Shown: piece by piece, positions 39,569 through 50,300 of the stretch
Layout: every line of letters starts with the position of its first letter
Position numbering within the stretch: the first letter of the stretch is position 1
Assembly (NCBI GenBank): GCA_965552055.1
Contig: CBEVQO010000004.1
Location: forward strand, 64,001 to 128,000
DNA: 64,000 nt
From: an uncultured bacterium
Lineage (GTDB): Bacteria > Hydrothermota > UBA3073 > NMUJ01 > CBEVQO01
Direction of reading: 5' to 3'
Program-made: the position numbers and the translations under genes
Notes under the pieces: model-generated
Databases searched by the model: none
What the model was told of the DNA's origin: nothing
Seen by the model: the letters and a program-made list of their open reading frames with translations, nothing else

Positions 39569-40149
39569 AACTATTTTTAATATTTCTGTCTGCTTTCTTG
39601 GTCAATAATATAGTTTTGATGAGATTTTTGGGATTATGTCCTTATATTGGAGTATCCCGCAATTTATCTTCTGCAATAGGTATGTCTTTTGCTGTTCTTT
39701 TTGTTATGCTTATGGCAAGCTGGATTACCTATGCGATTTATAAATTTGTGCTTGTTCCGCTCAATATCGTTTATCTCCGCACATCTACCTTTATCCTTAC
39801 GATTGCTACACTTGTTCAGATAGTTGAGATGTTCTTGCATAAAAAGGCAAAAGAGCTTTATGATGCACTTGGTATTTACCTTCCACTTATAACCACGAAT
39901 TGTGCGATACTTGGTACTGCTTTTCTTGTAATTGAAAACAAATACACATTCCTTGAGGTAACTGTTTTTGCAATTGGCACGGCGTTCGGTTTCATGATAG
40001 CACTTACTCTGATGGCAGGAATAAGGGAGCGTCTGGAGCTCGCAGATTTGCCCGAATCATTTAAAGGTGCACCTATTGCTTTCGTAATGGCTTCATTGAT
40101 GGCACTCGCATTCCTTGGTTTTGTCGGACTGCTGGGTCTGTCAATTTAA
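39565..40149 (+). CDS. rnfA: Rnf/Rsx electron transport complex subunit A
   Basis: NN.VL..FLGLCP..GVS, LPLITTNCA.LG, IRERL. Confidence 0.93.
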   Translation: MKLFLIFLSAFLVNNIVLMRFLGLCPYIGVSRNLSSAIGMSFAVLFVMLMASWITYAIYKFVLVPLNIVYLRTSTFILTIATLVQIVEMFLHKKAKELYDALGIYLPLITTNCAILGTAFLVIENKYTFLEVTVFAIGTAFGFMIALTLMAGIRERLELADLPESFKGAPIAFVMASLMALAFLGFVGLLGLSI

Positions 40150-41111
40150 TCACAAATTATAACATTTTTCTCGCCTTTTATAATTTCACCGATTAAGATA
40201 GCATCCCGTAATTTGGAGAGTACTTTATCCTTATCTTCTTTATCAACTACGAAAACAATCCCGATTCCCATATTGAAAACTCTGAACATTTCTTCCTTTT
40301 CAACATTTCCTTCCTTTTCTATGAATTTAAAAACAGGTGGAATTTCCCAATTGACTCTTATTCTGCAACTCAGATTTTCTGGCAAAATTCTCGGAATATT
40401 GCCGTAAAAACCTCCTCCTGTGATGTGAGCTATACCTTTTAAATATTTTTTGACTTTTAAGAATTCTTTTAAATAGGATTTGTGAATTTTTAGTAATTCT
40501 TCGCCGATTGTACATCCAAATTCTTCGAAATATTTTGTTAAAGCTATATTTTTATCTGCGATTATTTTACGCACAAGTGAATATCCATTCGTATGGAGTC
40601 CCGATGATTTTAAGCCTATTACCGCATCTCCCTCTTTAATTTTTGAGCCATCTATTATTTCCTTTTTTTTAACGAGACCCGTTATAAAGCCCACAAGTTC
40701 ATATTCTCCTTCTTTGTAAAATCCCGGCATTTCTGCGGTTTCGCCTCCGAGTAATTTTAAATTATTCTCCTCACATGCTTTTATTATGCCTTCAACTATG
40801 TCTTTTGCTATTTCTGGTATTAACTTTCCCATTGCGATATAATCCATGAAAAAGATGGGGGTAGCGCCGCAGCAAATTATATCGTTTACACAATGGTTTA
40901 CTATGTCCTGTCCGACCGTGTTATGTATTCCTAGTTTTTGTGCGATTTTTAATTTTGTGCCAACACCATCAACACTTGCAGCTATCAGATAATCGGTGTC
41001 AGGAATGGGGAAAAGACCAGAAAATCCACCAATTTCTTTTATTTTGTTTTTTATGAATTTCTTAAAAAAGTCAGCTTTTTCGATATCAACACCTGCTTCT
41101 TTGTATTTCAT
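40146..41111 (-). CDS. purM: Phosphoribosylformylglycinamidine cyclo-ligase (AIR synthetase)
   Basis: Y..AGVD, DGVGTK, GGETAEMPG, SSGLHTNG, HITGGG, FNMGIG. True start ATG 41111; the ORF-track extension lies in tRNA-Asp. Confidence 0.96.
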   Translation of the reverse strand: MKYKEAGVDIEKADFFKKFIKNKIKEIGGFSGLFPIPDTDYLIAASVDGVGTKLKIAQKLGIHNTVGQDIVNHCVNDIICCGATPIFFMDYIAMGKLIPEIAKDIVEGIIKACEENNLKLLGGETAEMPGFYKEGEYELVGFITGLVKKKEIIDGSKIKEGDAVIGLKSSGLHTNGYSLVRKIIADKNIALTKYFEEFGCTIGEELLKIHKSYLKEFLKVKKYLKGIAHITGGGFYGNIPRILPENLSCRIRVNWEIPPVFKFIEKEGNVEKEEMFRVFNMGIGIVFVVDKEDKDKVLSKLRDAILIGEIIKGEKNVIICD

Positions 41112-41117
41112 TGAGAG

Positions 41118-41190
41118 CGGGGCCGACCGGATTTGAACCGGCGATCTCCAGCTTGACAAGCTGGCGTGTTAACCGCTACACCACGGCCCC
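41118..41190 (-). tRNA. tRNA-Asp(GTC), CCA not encoded
   Basis: GGGGCCG/CGGCCCC acceptor stem, CCAGC-TTGTCAA-GCTGG anticodon arm, TTCAAAT T-loop. Confidence 0.97.
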
Positions 41191-41195
41191 GCTAA

Positions 41196-42920
41196 TCAGT
41201 ATTCAGGATAGGATGGTGCAGGCGCTTCTTTTTTCTCTTTCTCGGGCTTCTCCGCTACCATTGTATCGGTTGTGATGAGCAATGTAGCGACACTTACTGC
41301 GTTTTCAAGAGCTGTTCTGCAAACTTTCGTTGGGTCAATAATTCCCCTCTCCACAAGGTCACAGAATTCTTCTCTTAAAGCATCGAAGCCAAAGTTTGGA
41401 TTATCCGATTCTTTTATCTTTTGCACCACAACAGATGGCTCCCATCCTGCATTTGCTGCAATCTGACGAGCAGGTTCCTCAAGGGCACGCTTCAATATTT
41501 CAACTCCTATCTGCTGTTCGCCTTCGAGTTTTAAATTCTGAAGCGCAGGAATGCATCTAATAAATGCAACGCCTCCACCTGGCACAATTCCTTCCTCAAC
41601 TGCAGCTTTCGTAGCATGCAGAGCATCTTCAATTCTTGCTTTCCTCTCTTTCATATCGGGCTCTGTTGGTGCACCAGCAGATATAACAGCTACTCCTCCT
41701 GCAAGACGAGCAAGACGCTCTTCTAATTTTTCTCTATCATAATCAGAAGTGGTTGTCTTAATCTGTTCCCTAATTTGATTCATCCTTGCCTGAATCTTTG
41801 ATTTCTCACCTTTACCACCGATTATCGTTGTGTTATCTTTATCGACTTTTACTTTATCAGCCCTTCCGAGGTCGGACATCTTGGCATTTTCGAGTTTCAT
41901 TCCTTTTTCTTCAGATATTACTATTCCTCCTGTAAGTATCGCTATATCTTCGAGCATTGCTTTTCTTCTTTCGCCGTAGCCAGGTGCTTTAACAGCGCAG
42001 CATGGCAGAGTGCCTCTTATTTTGTTAACAACGAGTGTAGCAAGTGCTTCACCTTCGACATCTTCGGCAATTATAAGTAAGGGCTTTCTTGTTTGTGCTA
42101 CCTGTTGCAAAATAGGAAGAATATCCTGCACAGCACTTATTTTCTTGTCAAATATCAAAATATAAGGTTCTTCAAGTACAACTTCCATCTTTTCAGGGTC
42201 GGTTACAAAATAAGGAGAAATATATCCTCTATCGAATTGCATACCTTCTACTGTTTTTAGTTCGAGTTTCGTTCCTTTGCCTTCTTCCACGGTTATTACG
42301 CCCTCTTTCCCTACTTTATCCATTGCGAAAGCAATTGTATATCCGATTGCAGCATCGTTATTAGCGGAAATTGTCCCAACTTTTGCAATTTTACTCAATT
42401 CAGGAGGTAATTTTTTATCTTTCCATTCTTTTTGCACTTCATCCGGCAGTTCATCGAGTATATCTTTTGGCACTGTTTCTTCTGTCCTCTTTGAAAACTC
42501 TTTTTCTGCCTTCTCTGACAATTTCTTTAATTCTTCAATTACCACATTGCAAGCTTTTTCGAGTCCCTTTCTTATTTCCATAGGATTTACACCCGATGCG
42601 ATATACTTTAAAGATTCATTGAAGATTACTTGAGTTAATACGGTAGCAGTTGTTGTTCCATCACCTGCGACATCGGATGTTTTTGATGCTACTTCTCTAA
42701 CGAGTTGTGCTCCCATATTTTCAAATTTGTCTTCAAGTTCGATTTCTTTAGCAACGGTTACACCATCTTTTGTAGATGTAGGTGCTCCAAATTTTCTTTC
42801 TAAAAGAGCATTCCTTCCCTGGGGTCCCAAAGTTACTTTCACTGCATTTGCAAGAATATCAACTCCCTTTTTAATTTTTTGACGAACTTCCTCAGAAAAG
42901 ATGATTTCCTTAGCCGCCAT
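41196..42920 (-). CDS. groEL: Chaperonin GroEL with a ~34-aa insertion
   Basis: [33 protein letters not shown]. Confidence 0.99.
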   Translation of the reverse strand: MAAKEIIFSEEVRQKIKKGVDILANAVKVTLGPQGRNALLERKFGAPTSTKDGVTVAKEIELEDKFENMGAQLVREVASKTSDVAGDGTTTATVLTQVIFNESLKYIASGVNPMEIRKGLEKACNVVIEELKKLSEKAEKEFSKRTEETVPKDILDELPDEVQKEWKDKKLPPELSKIAKVGTISANNDAAIGYTIAFAMDKVGKEGVITVEEGKGTKLELKTVEGMQFDRGYISPYFVTDPEKMEVVLEEPYILIFDKKISAVQDILPILQQVAQTRKPLLIIAEDVEGEALATLVVNKIRGTLPCCAVKAPGYGERRKAMLEDIAILTGGIVISEEKGMKLENAKMSDLGRADKVKVDKDNTTIIGGKGEKSKIQARMNQIREQIKTTTSDYDREKLEERLARLAGGVAVISAGAPTEPDMKERKARIEDALHATKAAVEEGIVPGGGVAFIRCIPALQNLKLEGEQQIGVEILKRALEEPARQIAANAGWEPSVVVQKIKESDNPNFGFDALREEFCDLVERGIIDPTKVCRTALENAVSVATLLITTDTMVAEKPEKEKKEAPAPSYPEY

Positions 42921-42933
42921 TTCCCCCTCCTTT

Positions 42934-43221
42934 TTACTCTATGATTGCCAAAATATCATCCTGACTCATTATTAAATATTTTTCGCCATCAATTTCAATT
43001 TCGGTTCCAGCGTATTTGCTGAACAAAACTTTTTGACCCGGCTTTACATCCATGGGGATTCTATTCCCCTTTTCATCCCTTTTGCCGGGTCCCACTTCTA
43101 TTACTTCCCCCTGTTGGGGCTTTTCTTTTGCAGTATCAGGTATAATTATACCTCCCTTTACAACCTCCTCAGGTTCAATTCTTTTTATTAACACCCTATC
43201 ACCCAGTGGTTTTACTTTCAT
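42934..43221 (-). CDS. groES: Co-chaperonin GroES
   Basis: [27 protein letters not shown]. Start ATG 43221 after SD AAGGAGGGG. Confidence 0.98.
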   Translation of the reverse strand: MKVKPLGDRVLIKRIEPEEVVKGGIIIPDTAKEKPQQGEVIEVGPGKRDEKGNRIPMDVKPGQKVLFSKYAGTEIEIDGEKYLIMSQDDILAIIE

Positions 43222-43239
43222 TTTCCCCTCCTTTTTAAA

Positions 43240-43312
43240 TGGGCGGAAGTGGATTTGAACCACTGACCTCCTGCTTGTAAAGCAGGCGCTCTAACCGCTG
43301 AGCTATCCGCCC
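43240..43312 (-). tRNA. tRNA-Val(TAC), CCA not encoded
   Basis: GGGCGGA/TCCGCCC acceptor stem, CCTGC-TTTACAA-GCAGG anticodon arm, TTCAAAT T-loop. Confidence 0.97.
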
Positions 43313-43323
43313 TCACAGGTAAT

Positions 43324-43350
43324 ATTATATTCAAAAATTCAGTTTGTCAA
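43324..43350 (-). promoter_or_regulatory. Promoter TTGACA-N15-TATAAT upstream of tRNA-Val-groESL-tRNA-Asp-purM
   Basis: Perfect boxes, with the -10 box 11 nt upstream of the tRNA-Val 5' end. Confidence 0.8.
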
Positions 43351-43365
43351 GTCAAAAATTTTAGC

Positions 43366-43392
43366 TTGACAATCCCGTATTTTGAAGATTTT
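43366..43392 (+). promoter_or_regulatory. Possible promoter TTGACA-N15-GATTTT (or N18-TTTAAT)
   Basis: Divergent from the tRNA-Val promoter; weak -10 box. Confidence 0.4.
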
Positions 43393-43409
43393 AATGTAAG
43401 GAGGGGATT

Positions 43410-44348
43410 ATGGTTGAAGTAATTGAGCGTCAAACAGGCAACCTTGTCCTGTGGCTCGGTTTTGATAAAGAAAATGGTACTTATGGCGTTATTTTCAGTG
43501 GAACAATGGATACCACTCCGGTAGAAGAGATAAAACCTGTTCTCCAGCAGAAATGTTTCTCAGGGCAATACAACTATATCGTGGATACAGAAGGCGTAAG
43601 CTATGTGAGCTCAACTGGACTGAGGATTCTGACTCTGTTTCACCAGCATCGAAAACTCTTTGCGTTATTCTCAAAATTGAACGATTACATACGGAAACCC
43701 TTTACATTGCTCGGAATAGATAAATTCCTTCAATTCTATTCAAATATAGATGAATTAAAAGGAAAACAGGGCATATCCGATGAACTCCTCCTGCAGATGA
43801 AGAATCAAAAAAGCAAAGTAATATTTGGTGTAAGGGCATCGGAAAGGTGGATTAAAATATTACAGGATTATGTTGGTAAAGCAGAAGCAGTAAAATATGT
43901 TCGCGAATTGACGCCATTTATTATGAAAGTAGATAAAGAAACAGAAATTACTTTACCAAGTGAAGAAAAATATTCAGCAGTGCTCTATAAATTCTTTGAA
44001 AAAGCTATAAGAAAAGAAGCAAAAATCCCTGCAACAGTGCTTTCAGATGACGAGATAGAATTAGCTGCAAGGGAGATTATGACAAATGCAGTTAAGCACG
44101 GATATAATTATAAAAAAGATGGAATCATTGAAGCATCTTATAAAATTACATCAAAAGAATTAATTTTAGAGGTTACAGACTATGGTGTTGGTATGCGTCC
44201 TGAGGCAAAAGTTCTGAGCAAAGGAAAGGGTATTCCTCTTTTAAGGAGAATGTTCGATGCGGTTCTTTTTGATAAGCCACAGGGTCCTCCGAAAAGGGGT
44301 CAGGCACTGGGTACGGGCACAAGGGTTCAGCTCATAAAATACCTGTAA
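43410..44348 (+). CDS. STAS (anti-anti-sigma) plus HATPase_c (RsbW-type anti-sigma kinase) fusion
   Basis: D..GVSYVSSTGL STAS motif; ELA..E..TNAVKHG, V.DYG.G, GKG kinase boxes. Confidence 0.82.
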   Translation: MVEVIERQTGNLVLWLGFDKENGTYGVIFSGTMDTTPVEEIKPVLQQKCFSGQYNYIVDTEGVSYVSSTGLRILTLFHQHRKLFALFSKLNDYIRKPFTLLGIDKFLQFYSNIDELKGKQGISDELLLQMKNQKSKVIFGVRASERWIKILQDYVGKAEAVKYVRELTPFIMKVDKETEITLPSEEKYSAVLYKFFEKAIRKEAKIPATVLSDDEIELAAREIMTNAVKHGYNYKKDGIIEASYKITSKELILEVTDYGVGMRPEAKVLSKGKGIPLLRRMFDAVLFDKPQGPPKRGQALGTGTRVQLIKYL

Positions 44349-44959
44349 TGGCATTTATTTACATTATCCTTCATATTATTATACTCCTCTATTCTATTAT
44401 TTTGCACGAAGTTGCTCATGCCTATGCTGCCGAAAGATGCGGAGATTTTACACCAAGAGAGATGGGAAGGTTAACTTTGAACCCGCTTCCTCACATTGAC
44501 CTTTTTGGCACAATTATTTTGCCTCTATTTTTGTTGCTCATAAGAGCCCCTGTCCTTATTGGCTGGGCAAAACCCGTTCCAATAAATCCATATAACTTTC
44601 GTAATTTTAGAAGAGATTTGATGATTGTGGGAGCTGCAGGACCCCTTACAAATATAGCACTTGCTTTATTTTTTGCCTTACTTTATCATACCATTGGTTA
44701 TGGCTATTTTTTGCGTAATATTTTTGCATACGGCACTGCCTTAAATTTTTTGCTTGCATTTTTTAATTTGATACCAATTCCGCCACTCGATGGCTCTCGC
44801 ATTTTACAAAACTTTTTACCGATAGAAGCAAGGGAACATTATATGATGATGGAAAGATTCGGTTTTCTTATAATCTATTTTATACTATTGCTCGGTGGAT
44901 TCAGGTTATTGTGGGCTCTTACAGGTATTATTTTGCGTGCCCTTCACATTTACTTTTGA
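44348..44959 (+). CDS. Site-2 protease (M50)
   Basis: [31 protein letters not shown]. Confidence 0.95.
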   Translation: MAFIYIILHIIILLYSIILHEVAHAYAAERCGDFTPREMGRLTLNPLPHIDLFGTIILPLFLLLIRAPVLIGWAKPVPINPYNFRNFRRDLMIVGAAGPLTNIALALFFALLYHTIGYGYFLRNIFAYGTALNFLLAFFNLIPIPPLDGSRILQNFLPIEAREHYMMMERFGFLIIYFILLLGGFRLLWALTGIILRALHIYF

Positions 44960-46030
44960 ATTCTCCAATTTATATTTTACAAGATATGCTCTTATGAATT
45001 CGTCAATCTCTCCATCCATTACTGCCTGGACATCTGATGTTTCGTATTTTGTCCTGTGGTCTTTCACGAGTTTATATGGATGAAAAACATAAGACCTTAT
45101 TTCATGTGACCAGCCGATTTCTGTCTTTTCACCTATTTTTTGTTTTAAATATTCTTCCTTTTCTTTTTTCAATTTTTGATAAAGTTTTGCTTTAAGTAGT
45201 TTTAAGGCATTCATTTTATTCTGGTATTGAGACCTTTCCGATTGACATCTTACTGTTATACCTGTTGGTTTATGCACTATTCTAACTGCAGTTTCTAATT
45301 TATTTACATTTTGACCGCCTGGTCCACTTGCCCTGCATGTTTGTATTTCTATATCTTCTGGTTTTATTTCGATTTTCGGGTCTTCGATTACCGGCATTAC
45401 AAAGCAAGCGGCAAAAGATGTGTGACGCCTGTGATTAGCATCAAAGGGCGATATTCTTACAAGGCGATGCACACCGGCTTCTGCTTTTAAATATCCATAG
45501 GCATATCTGCCCTTTACTTCGATAACAGCATCTTTGATGCCTGCAACTTCTCCGGGTTCATAACTCAAAATCTCTGTTTTAAAACCTTTTTTCTCGCACC
45601 ATCTCATATACATGCGGAAAAGCATGAGTGCCCAATCGCACGACTCCGTGCCACCAGCACCCGGATGAATCTGTAAAATGGCATCCCTTTTATCGTCTTC
45701 TTCATCAAGCAATAACTCAATTTCCAGATTTTTGACTTCCGATAATAATTTTTGGGCTTCCCTTTCCAACTCCTTTATATCATCTCCATCCGATATTTTC
45801 CAAAGTTCTTCAAGGTCGTAAAGGTCATTGTTATATTTTTCAACACGCTCAAGCAATGATTTTTTCGATTGTAATTCAATTGATAATTCCTTTGCAAGAT
45901 TTGGGTTCGACCAGATATCTTCTTTTGATAATCTATGTGTTATTTCATCAATTTCTTTTTTTAGTTTTTCTCTATCAACGAGTTTATTTATCAATTCAAG
46001 TTCTACCTGTATTTCTTTCAGCAAATTCAT
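44906..46030 (-). CDS. prfB: Peptide chain release factor 2, no internal frameshift
   Basis: [17 protein letters not shown] (SPF), HTSFA, GPGGQ; continuous frame. Confidence 0.96.
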   Translation of the reverse strand: MNLLKEIQVELELINKLVDREKLKKEIDEITHRLSKEDIWSNPNLAKELSIELQSKKSLLERVEKYNNDLYDLEELWKISDGDDIKELEREAQKLLSEVKNLEIELLLDEEDDKRDAILQIHPGAGGTESCDWALMLFRMYMRWCEKKGFKTEILSYEPGEVAGIKDAVIEVKGRYAYGYLKAEAGVHRLVRISPFDANHRRHTSFAACFVMPVIEDPKIEIKPEDIEIQTCRASGPGGQNVNKLETAVRIVHKPTGITVRCQSERSQYQNKMNALKLLKAKLYQKLKKEKEEYLKQKIGEKTEIGWSHEIRSYVFHPYKLVKDHRTKYETSDVQAVMDGEIDEFIRAYLVKYKLENSKVNVKGTQNNTCKSPQ

Positions 46031-46038
46031 CTCATAAT

Positions 46039-46066
46039 AATATAATCTGTAAATGGATTTTGTCAA
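46039..46066 (-). promoter_or_regulatory. Promoter TTGACA-N16-TATATT for prfB (leaderless or near-leaderless)
   Basis: ATG 8 nt downstream, no SD. Confidence 0.6.
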
Positions 46067-46154
46067 GTTTAAGAGTTCTTTTCTTAAAATTTTTAATGTG
46101 AGTAAGCGAGCAAGGCATTGCCTTGACCACGCTGTGGCTTTCTAAGACGCTTTG

Positions 46155-46344
46155 TTAATAATTTTTAATGCGAGGCGTAGCCGAGCTCATTACCAAACAT
46201 GGGTTGATATGTCAGCCCGTTACGGTGTTGTGGGTTACTCTGGTGTTTTACGCTTTATCTTCTGATTGCGTTTCAAGAAGGGTAAGGAGTGGGCTGACTT
46301 AATCGGGAAGGTGGGGACTGGGAGGTGGGGCTAAAAATTATTAA
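46155..46344. mobile_element. MITE-like element, family B, with 13-bp perfect terminal inverted repeats
   Basis: TTAATAATTTTTA (46155-46167) / TAAAAATTATTAA (46332-46344); internal IR GTCAGCCC/GGGCTGAC; shorter relative at 4239-4316. Confidence 0.6.
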
Positions 46345-46363
46345 AATATGCCGAAAATAAAAT

Positions 46364-47323
46364 GTGAGAAAGATTTCTATAATCTTAATATTTTTTGCTT
46401 GTAAAAAAGCACCTCAAATAATTTCTTCAGATTTTAAAAAGTTTTGTGAACCTGAAAGTTTAAAAGTTTTATCACACATTTATACTCCTGAATGGTCAAA
46501 AAATGTTTTTGTTTCTGGCAATTGTGCTTATGTATCTGGCACAAATTCCGGTGTTTTGATTTATGATATTTCCGACCCTCAGAATCCTTCACTTTTATCT
46601 ATTTATGATACGGTTTTATGTGTTCTCGATGTTTTTGTAAGTGATTCTTTTTTGTTTGCCGCAGATTGTGATAGCGGGATTTTTGTTTTGAATGTTAAAA
46701 ATCCATCAAATCCACGATTTATAACAAGGTTTAGCGGTGTGAATGCACTTGGACTTTTCGTTAAAGGAGATTTTGTTTATGTTGCATCGGGTGGCGATGG
46801 TCTTTATGTATTTCAATTTACAGGTGATAGTTTGATTTTAAGGGGTCATTGTGATACCCGTGGCTTATCGTGGGATGTTTATGTTTACAGTTGCTATGCC
46901 TTTATTGCAGATGACGATTATATAAGTGTTTGCGATGTTAGTTTGCCGGAATCTCCTGCATTACTTTGTGATTATAAAGCAAAGGATTATGTTTACGATG
47001 TTTTTTATGATGGTAAATATTTGTATTGTGCTATGTCATCCGCTGGCATCGGTGTTTTTTCTTTTTGCAGTGATGAGTTGAAAGAAGTTACTTTTTATGA
47101 TACAGAAGGTTCTTGCAGGTCATTATCTTTTTGTGCCTGTTATTTAGGTATTGCTGATTATACGGGTGGATTTAAGTTATTTGATACCCGCTTTTTACCC
47201 GATACACTTATACTTATTTCTTCTTTTCTTGAGAGAGACCCGGTTTGGGGAGTTTATCTAAAATGTGATTATATTTATTTAACGAGTTCGACGACAGGTT
47301 TTTGGATTTTGAGCAAAAATTAG
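46364..47323 (+). CDS. LVIVD-repeat beta-propeller lipoprotein
   Basis: IFFA-C lipobox-like motif; V.VSG..AYV....G..I.D.S.P.NP repeats. Confidence 0.82.
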   Translation: MRKISIILIFFACKKAPQIISSDFKKFCEPESLKVLSHIYTPEWSKNVFVSGNCAYVSGTNSGVLIYDISDPQNPSLLSIYDTVLCVLDVFVSDSFLFAADCDSGIFVLNVKNPSNPRFITRFSGVNALGLFVKGDFVYVASGGDGLYVFQFTGDSLILRGHCDTRGLSWDVYVYSCYAFIADDDYISVCDVSLPESPALLCDYKAKDYVYDVFYDGKYLYCAMSSAGIGVFSFCSDELKEVTFYDTEGSCRSLSFCACYLGIADYTGGFKLFDTRFLPDTLILISSFLERDPVWGVYLKCDYIYLTSSTTGFWILSKN

Positions 47324-47324
47324 T

Positions 47325-50300
47325 TTATTTTATTTTTATCATCTTCCTTGTGAATATTTTATTATCCGTTTTCATTCTGCAAAAGTATATTCCTGCTGGT
47401 AGTTTTTCTGCATTAAAGTTTATTTTGTAAATGCCCGCTGGTAATACTCCTTCTTTCAATGTCTTTATGCATCTTCCTGTCACATCATAAATCTTTACTG
47501 ATACGAATTTTTTATTTGTAAGACCGAATTTTATCAATGTTGAATGCACAAAAGGATTTGGCTCTTGTTTCAGGAAATCTCTTTTCACTGCTTTTGCTAT
47601 GTCTCCAACCGGTCCTGATGGCGGGAAATCGCCTTTTGTCACTCCGACATCGAAAATAATGTGGTCGTTGAATACCAGTTCGGCTTTCGATTGCGTAGTA
47701 TGAATCTCCAATCTCAGTACCACTCTTCTGTTCATTGGACATTTAGAACCTATTTTGATTTTAACTCTGTCTTTTGAAATAACTTCTGTATCGCCCGGTA
47801 TTGTGCCGAATCCGCAGCTATCATCTATAACGCTGATATTACTATCTTCGGAGTAGATTTTTGCCCATACATTTTGTGCATTTGCGTTACCGCTATTTCT
47901 GACTCTTATATCGAGCTCTACTTCCTCACCTGGTTCGGGAGTTGTATCACCGTCTTCATCAACAAACGAGTTACCTGTGTAGAGTAGTATCACAGTATCG
48001 GGCAGCGATGAATATCCTGCGATGAAGTAATACCATGCTGAATTTTTTGCCCATTTAAGCCATCTGTAATCGAAGTCGTCTTCCCATGAGCCAGATAGGT
48101 CGCTTCCGTCATCCGGGCAGTTTATCATCATACCATAGGTTACGCCATTGAGGTCTGAGTTGCACCATGTTGTGCAAAGTGGCATGCCTTCCTGATAGGG
48201 AGGATATCCAAAGTGCTTCAAAATTGAATCACACGCTTCATTTATTCCCTCGGATATATTTTGTGCTTTTAAATCGTTAGCCAACCTTCTTATATCTACA
48301 TAATGATTATAAGGAGACCAGCTTTCAATTAATCCCTGTAAATTTGAAACGACATTTTTGATTGCTGAATTTGTCATTCCTCCTTCTTTAAGGCACTCTA
48401 CTGCGAGTTTATCGACATCCCAGCATAATCTCTGGAAAGAGTGCCCGAGGTCCCAGGCATTGAGATTGCAGCTCGAACTCGAGCTGTAATAATCGCTGTA
48501 GGCATCTACAACTTTATTTGCAAGTTCTTTTGGACTCATATCGGGATTATTCTTTAACTCCTTGAGGAAATGGTAGCACCAGCCTTCACCGGGTTCTGGA
48601 GGTTCAGAGCCAACAAAGTAATCTACAAATTCTTTTATTTCATAGGCATTTTCGAGCATACACATTAAGCATTCATCGAATCCGAAAACATCTATGTTTC
48701 TTCCAATATAATTTTTCATTTTCCGCAATAGATTATGGAGTTCACCGTTTGATACTCCTAACATTGAGCCAGCTCCATCGTCCCATCCTGCACCCTTTAA
48801 TCCGGCTCTTTTCTGCCAGCCACTACCGTGGTCCCATATCACGAACATGTAATGCTGAGCTGGATAATTGTCCACGCACCATTTAAAGAAATCAAAAATC
48901 TCAGTGGTATCTGCCATGTCTATTTCACCGAGTTGCACTTCGGGGTATGCATCTATTTTGTTATTAGCCGATGGGCTATATTTTATGTAATATCTGTTTG
49001 CATCTGTCCTGCTACCCGATGAATCGTTATAAGGATAGGACGAACTACCATCTATTTGCACAAGTATATTCATCTGGTTTGTTGAGCCAGCGCTTTCCAT
49101 TTCGTCAACATCATTATCACCGAGGTCACCAAGATTATTATCTCCGATGATGTAGACCATTACCGTCCACTTCTTACCACCCACTATTACATTTATTGCT
49201 TCTGTTTTTTCGTAGCCCGTTGTATCTTTTATATGTAATGTAAAGGTTAGCTCTTCTCCATTTGTTGCACTATCAAGCACATTAAAGAGGAATGTCTTAC
49301 TTACTTCGTCATTATAATCCATATCTCCATAATTTTGTTTCACAGGCGGTATTAATTCTGCATGTGGCTCTGATTCGGAGAGCGAACAACTAACGCAATA
49401 AGCAAATCCTCCTTTATTTTTCAGAGTTATTATTAATTCAACACTATCTTCGCCAACATCTGCAATGCCATCGCCTCCAATTTTAGAACTACTGCAATAA
49501 ATATCGGGTGGCTTCACCTTTAAAGTATCTTTTTTCTCATCATTGTTAGAGAATTCGTCACCTGTGAGTAATGTTCTTGCTATAACGAGATGATTTCCTG
49601 TGGTATCGGGTGTGTAAAGGAATTCTATTATTGTATCATGGTATGATACTAAATAGATATTTTCTGTCGTATCGCAATATGTTGTTTCTCCTGATGGTTC
49701 TACTACCATTTTCACAAGTGAGAATGTTTCATCATTTTCTCCATAGTTCACTGCCTTTATTTTTATCGTATCTGTTTGATATTTTCCACAAATTTCCGGT
49801 GAGAAATATATTTTTGCTACTCCAACATCGTGTTCGAATCTTTCACCTGCTCTTATTTCTATATCGTCGAGATTAAATCCGTATGCAGAGTATGATTTGT
49901 CTGTTTGATATCTCCATCTTACTTTTACTTCGCTACCGCAGTAATTCTGGAATACAAGGGTTTCGGCATACCATGTTGATGAGTGCTCAATTTTCAATAT
50001 TTTCCATAATGTCCATGTAGCACCATTATCCTGTGATATTTCAACGAGAGTAGAATCGTGACCAATATCTTTGCCTTTTGAATCTGCTTCTTTCCACCAG
50101 AATATTAATGTATCGTTGTATCCTGCATTTATCGTTGGTGTTACAAGTATTCCTTCGCCTTCTGATACATTATAATCTATATGTGCATAATAATTGCCAG
50201 AATGAGGTGCAGATGTGTATCTTTCCCAGTTTCTATAAACATCTTCCCAGCATACACAGGGAGGGAATGAGTCTTCTTCAAATCCTGTATAATAAGGTGG

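Noticed and set aside
41112..41159. N-terminal extension of PurM in the ORF track
   Set aside because: It runs through tRNA-Asp; homology starts at MKYKEAGVD (41111).
43222..43263. N-terminal extension of GroES in the ORF track
   Set aside because: It overlaps tRNA-Val; a strong SD precedes ATG 43221.
41118..43312. groESL as an integrative element inserted at a tRNA
   Set aside because: The two tRNAs are different complete genes; there is no duplicated att fragment and no integrase.
43200..43400. CIRCE/HrcA operator upstream of groES
   Set aside because: No TTAGCACTC-N9-GAGTGCTAA-like sequence is visible.
46200..46310. 6S RNA or riboswitch
   Set aside because: Only an 8-bp closing stem is evident and I recognise no conserved motif; the flanks match a dispersed repeat. 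An Rfam search would be needed.
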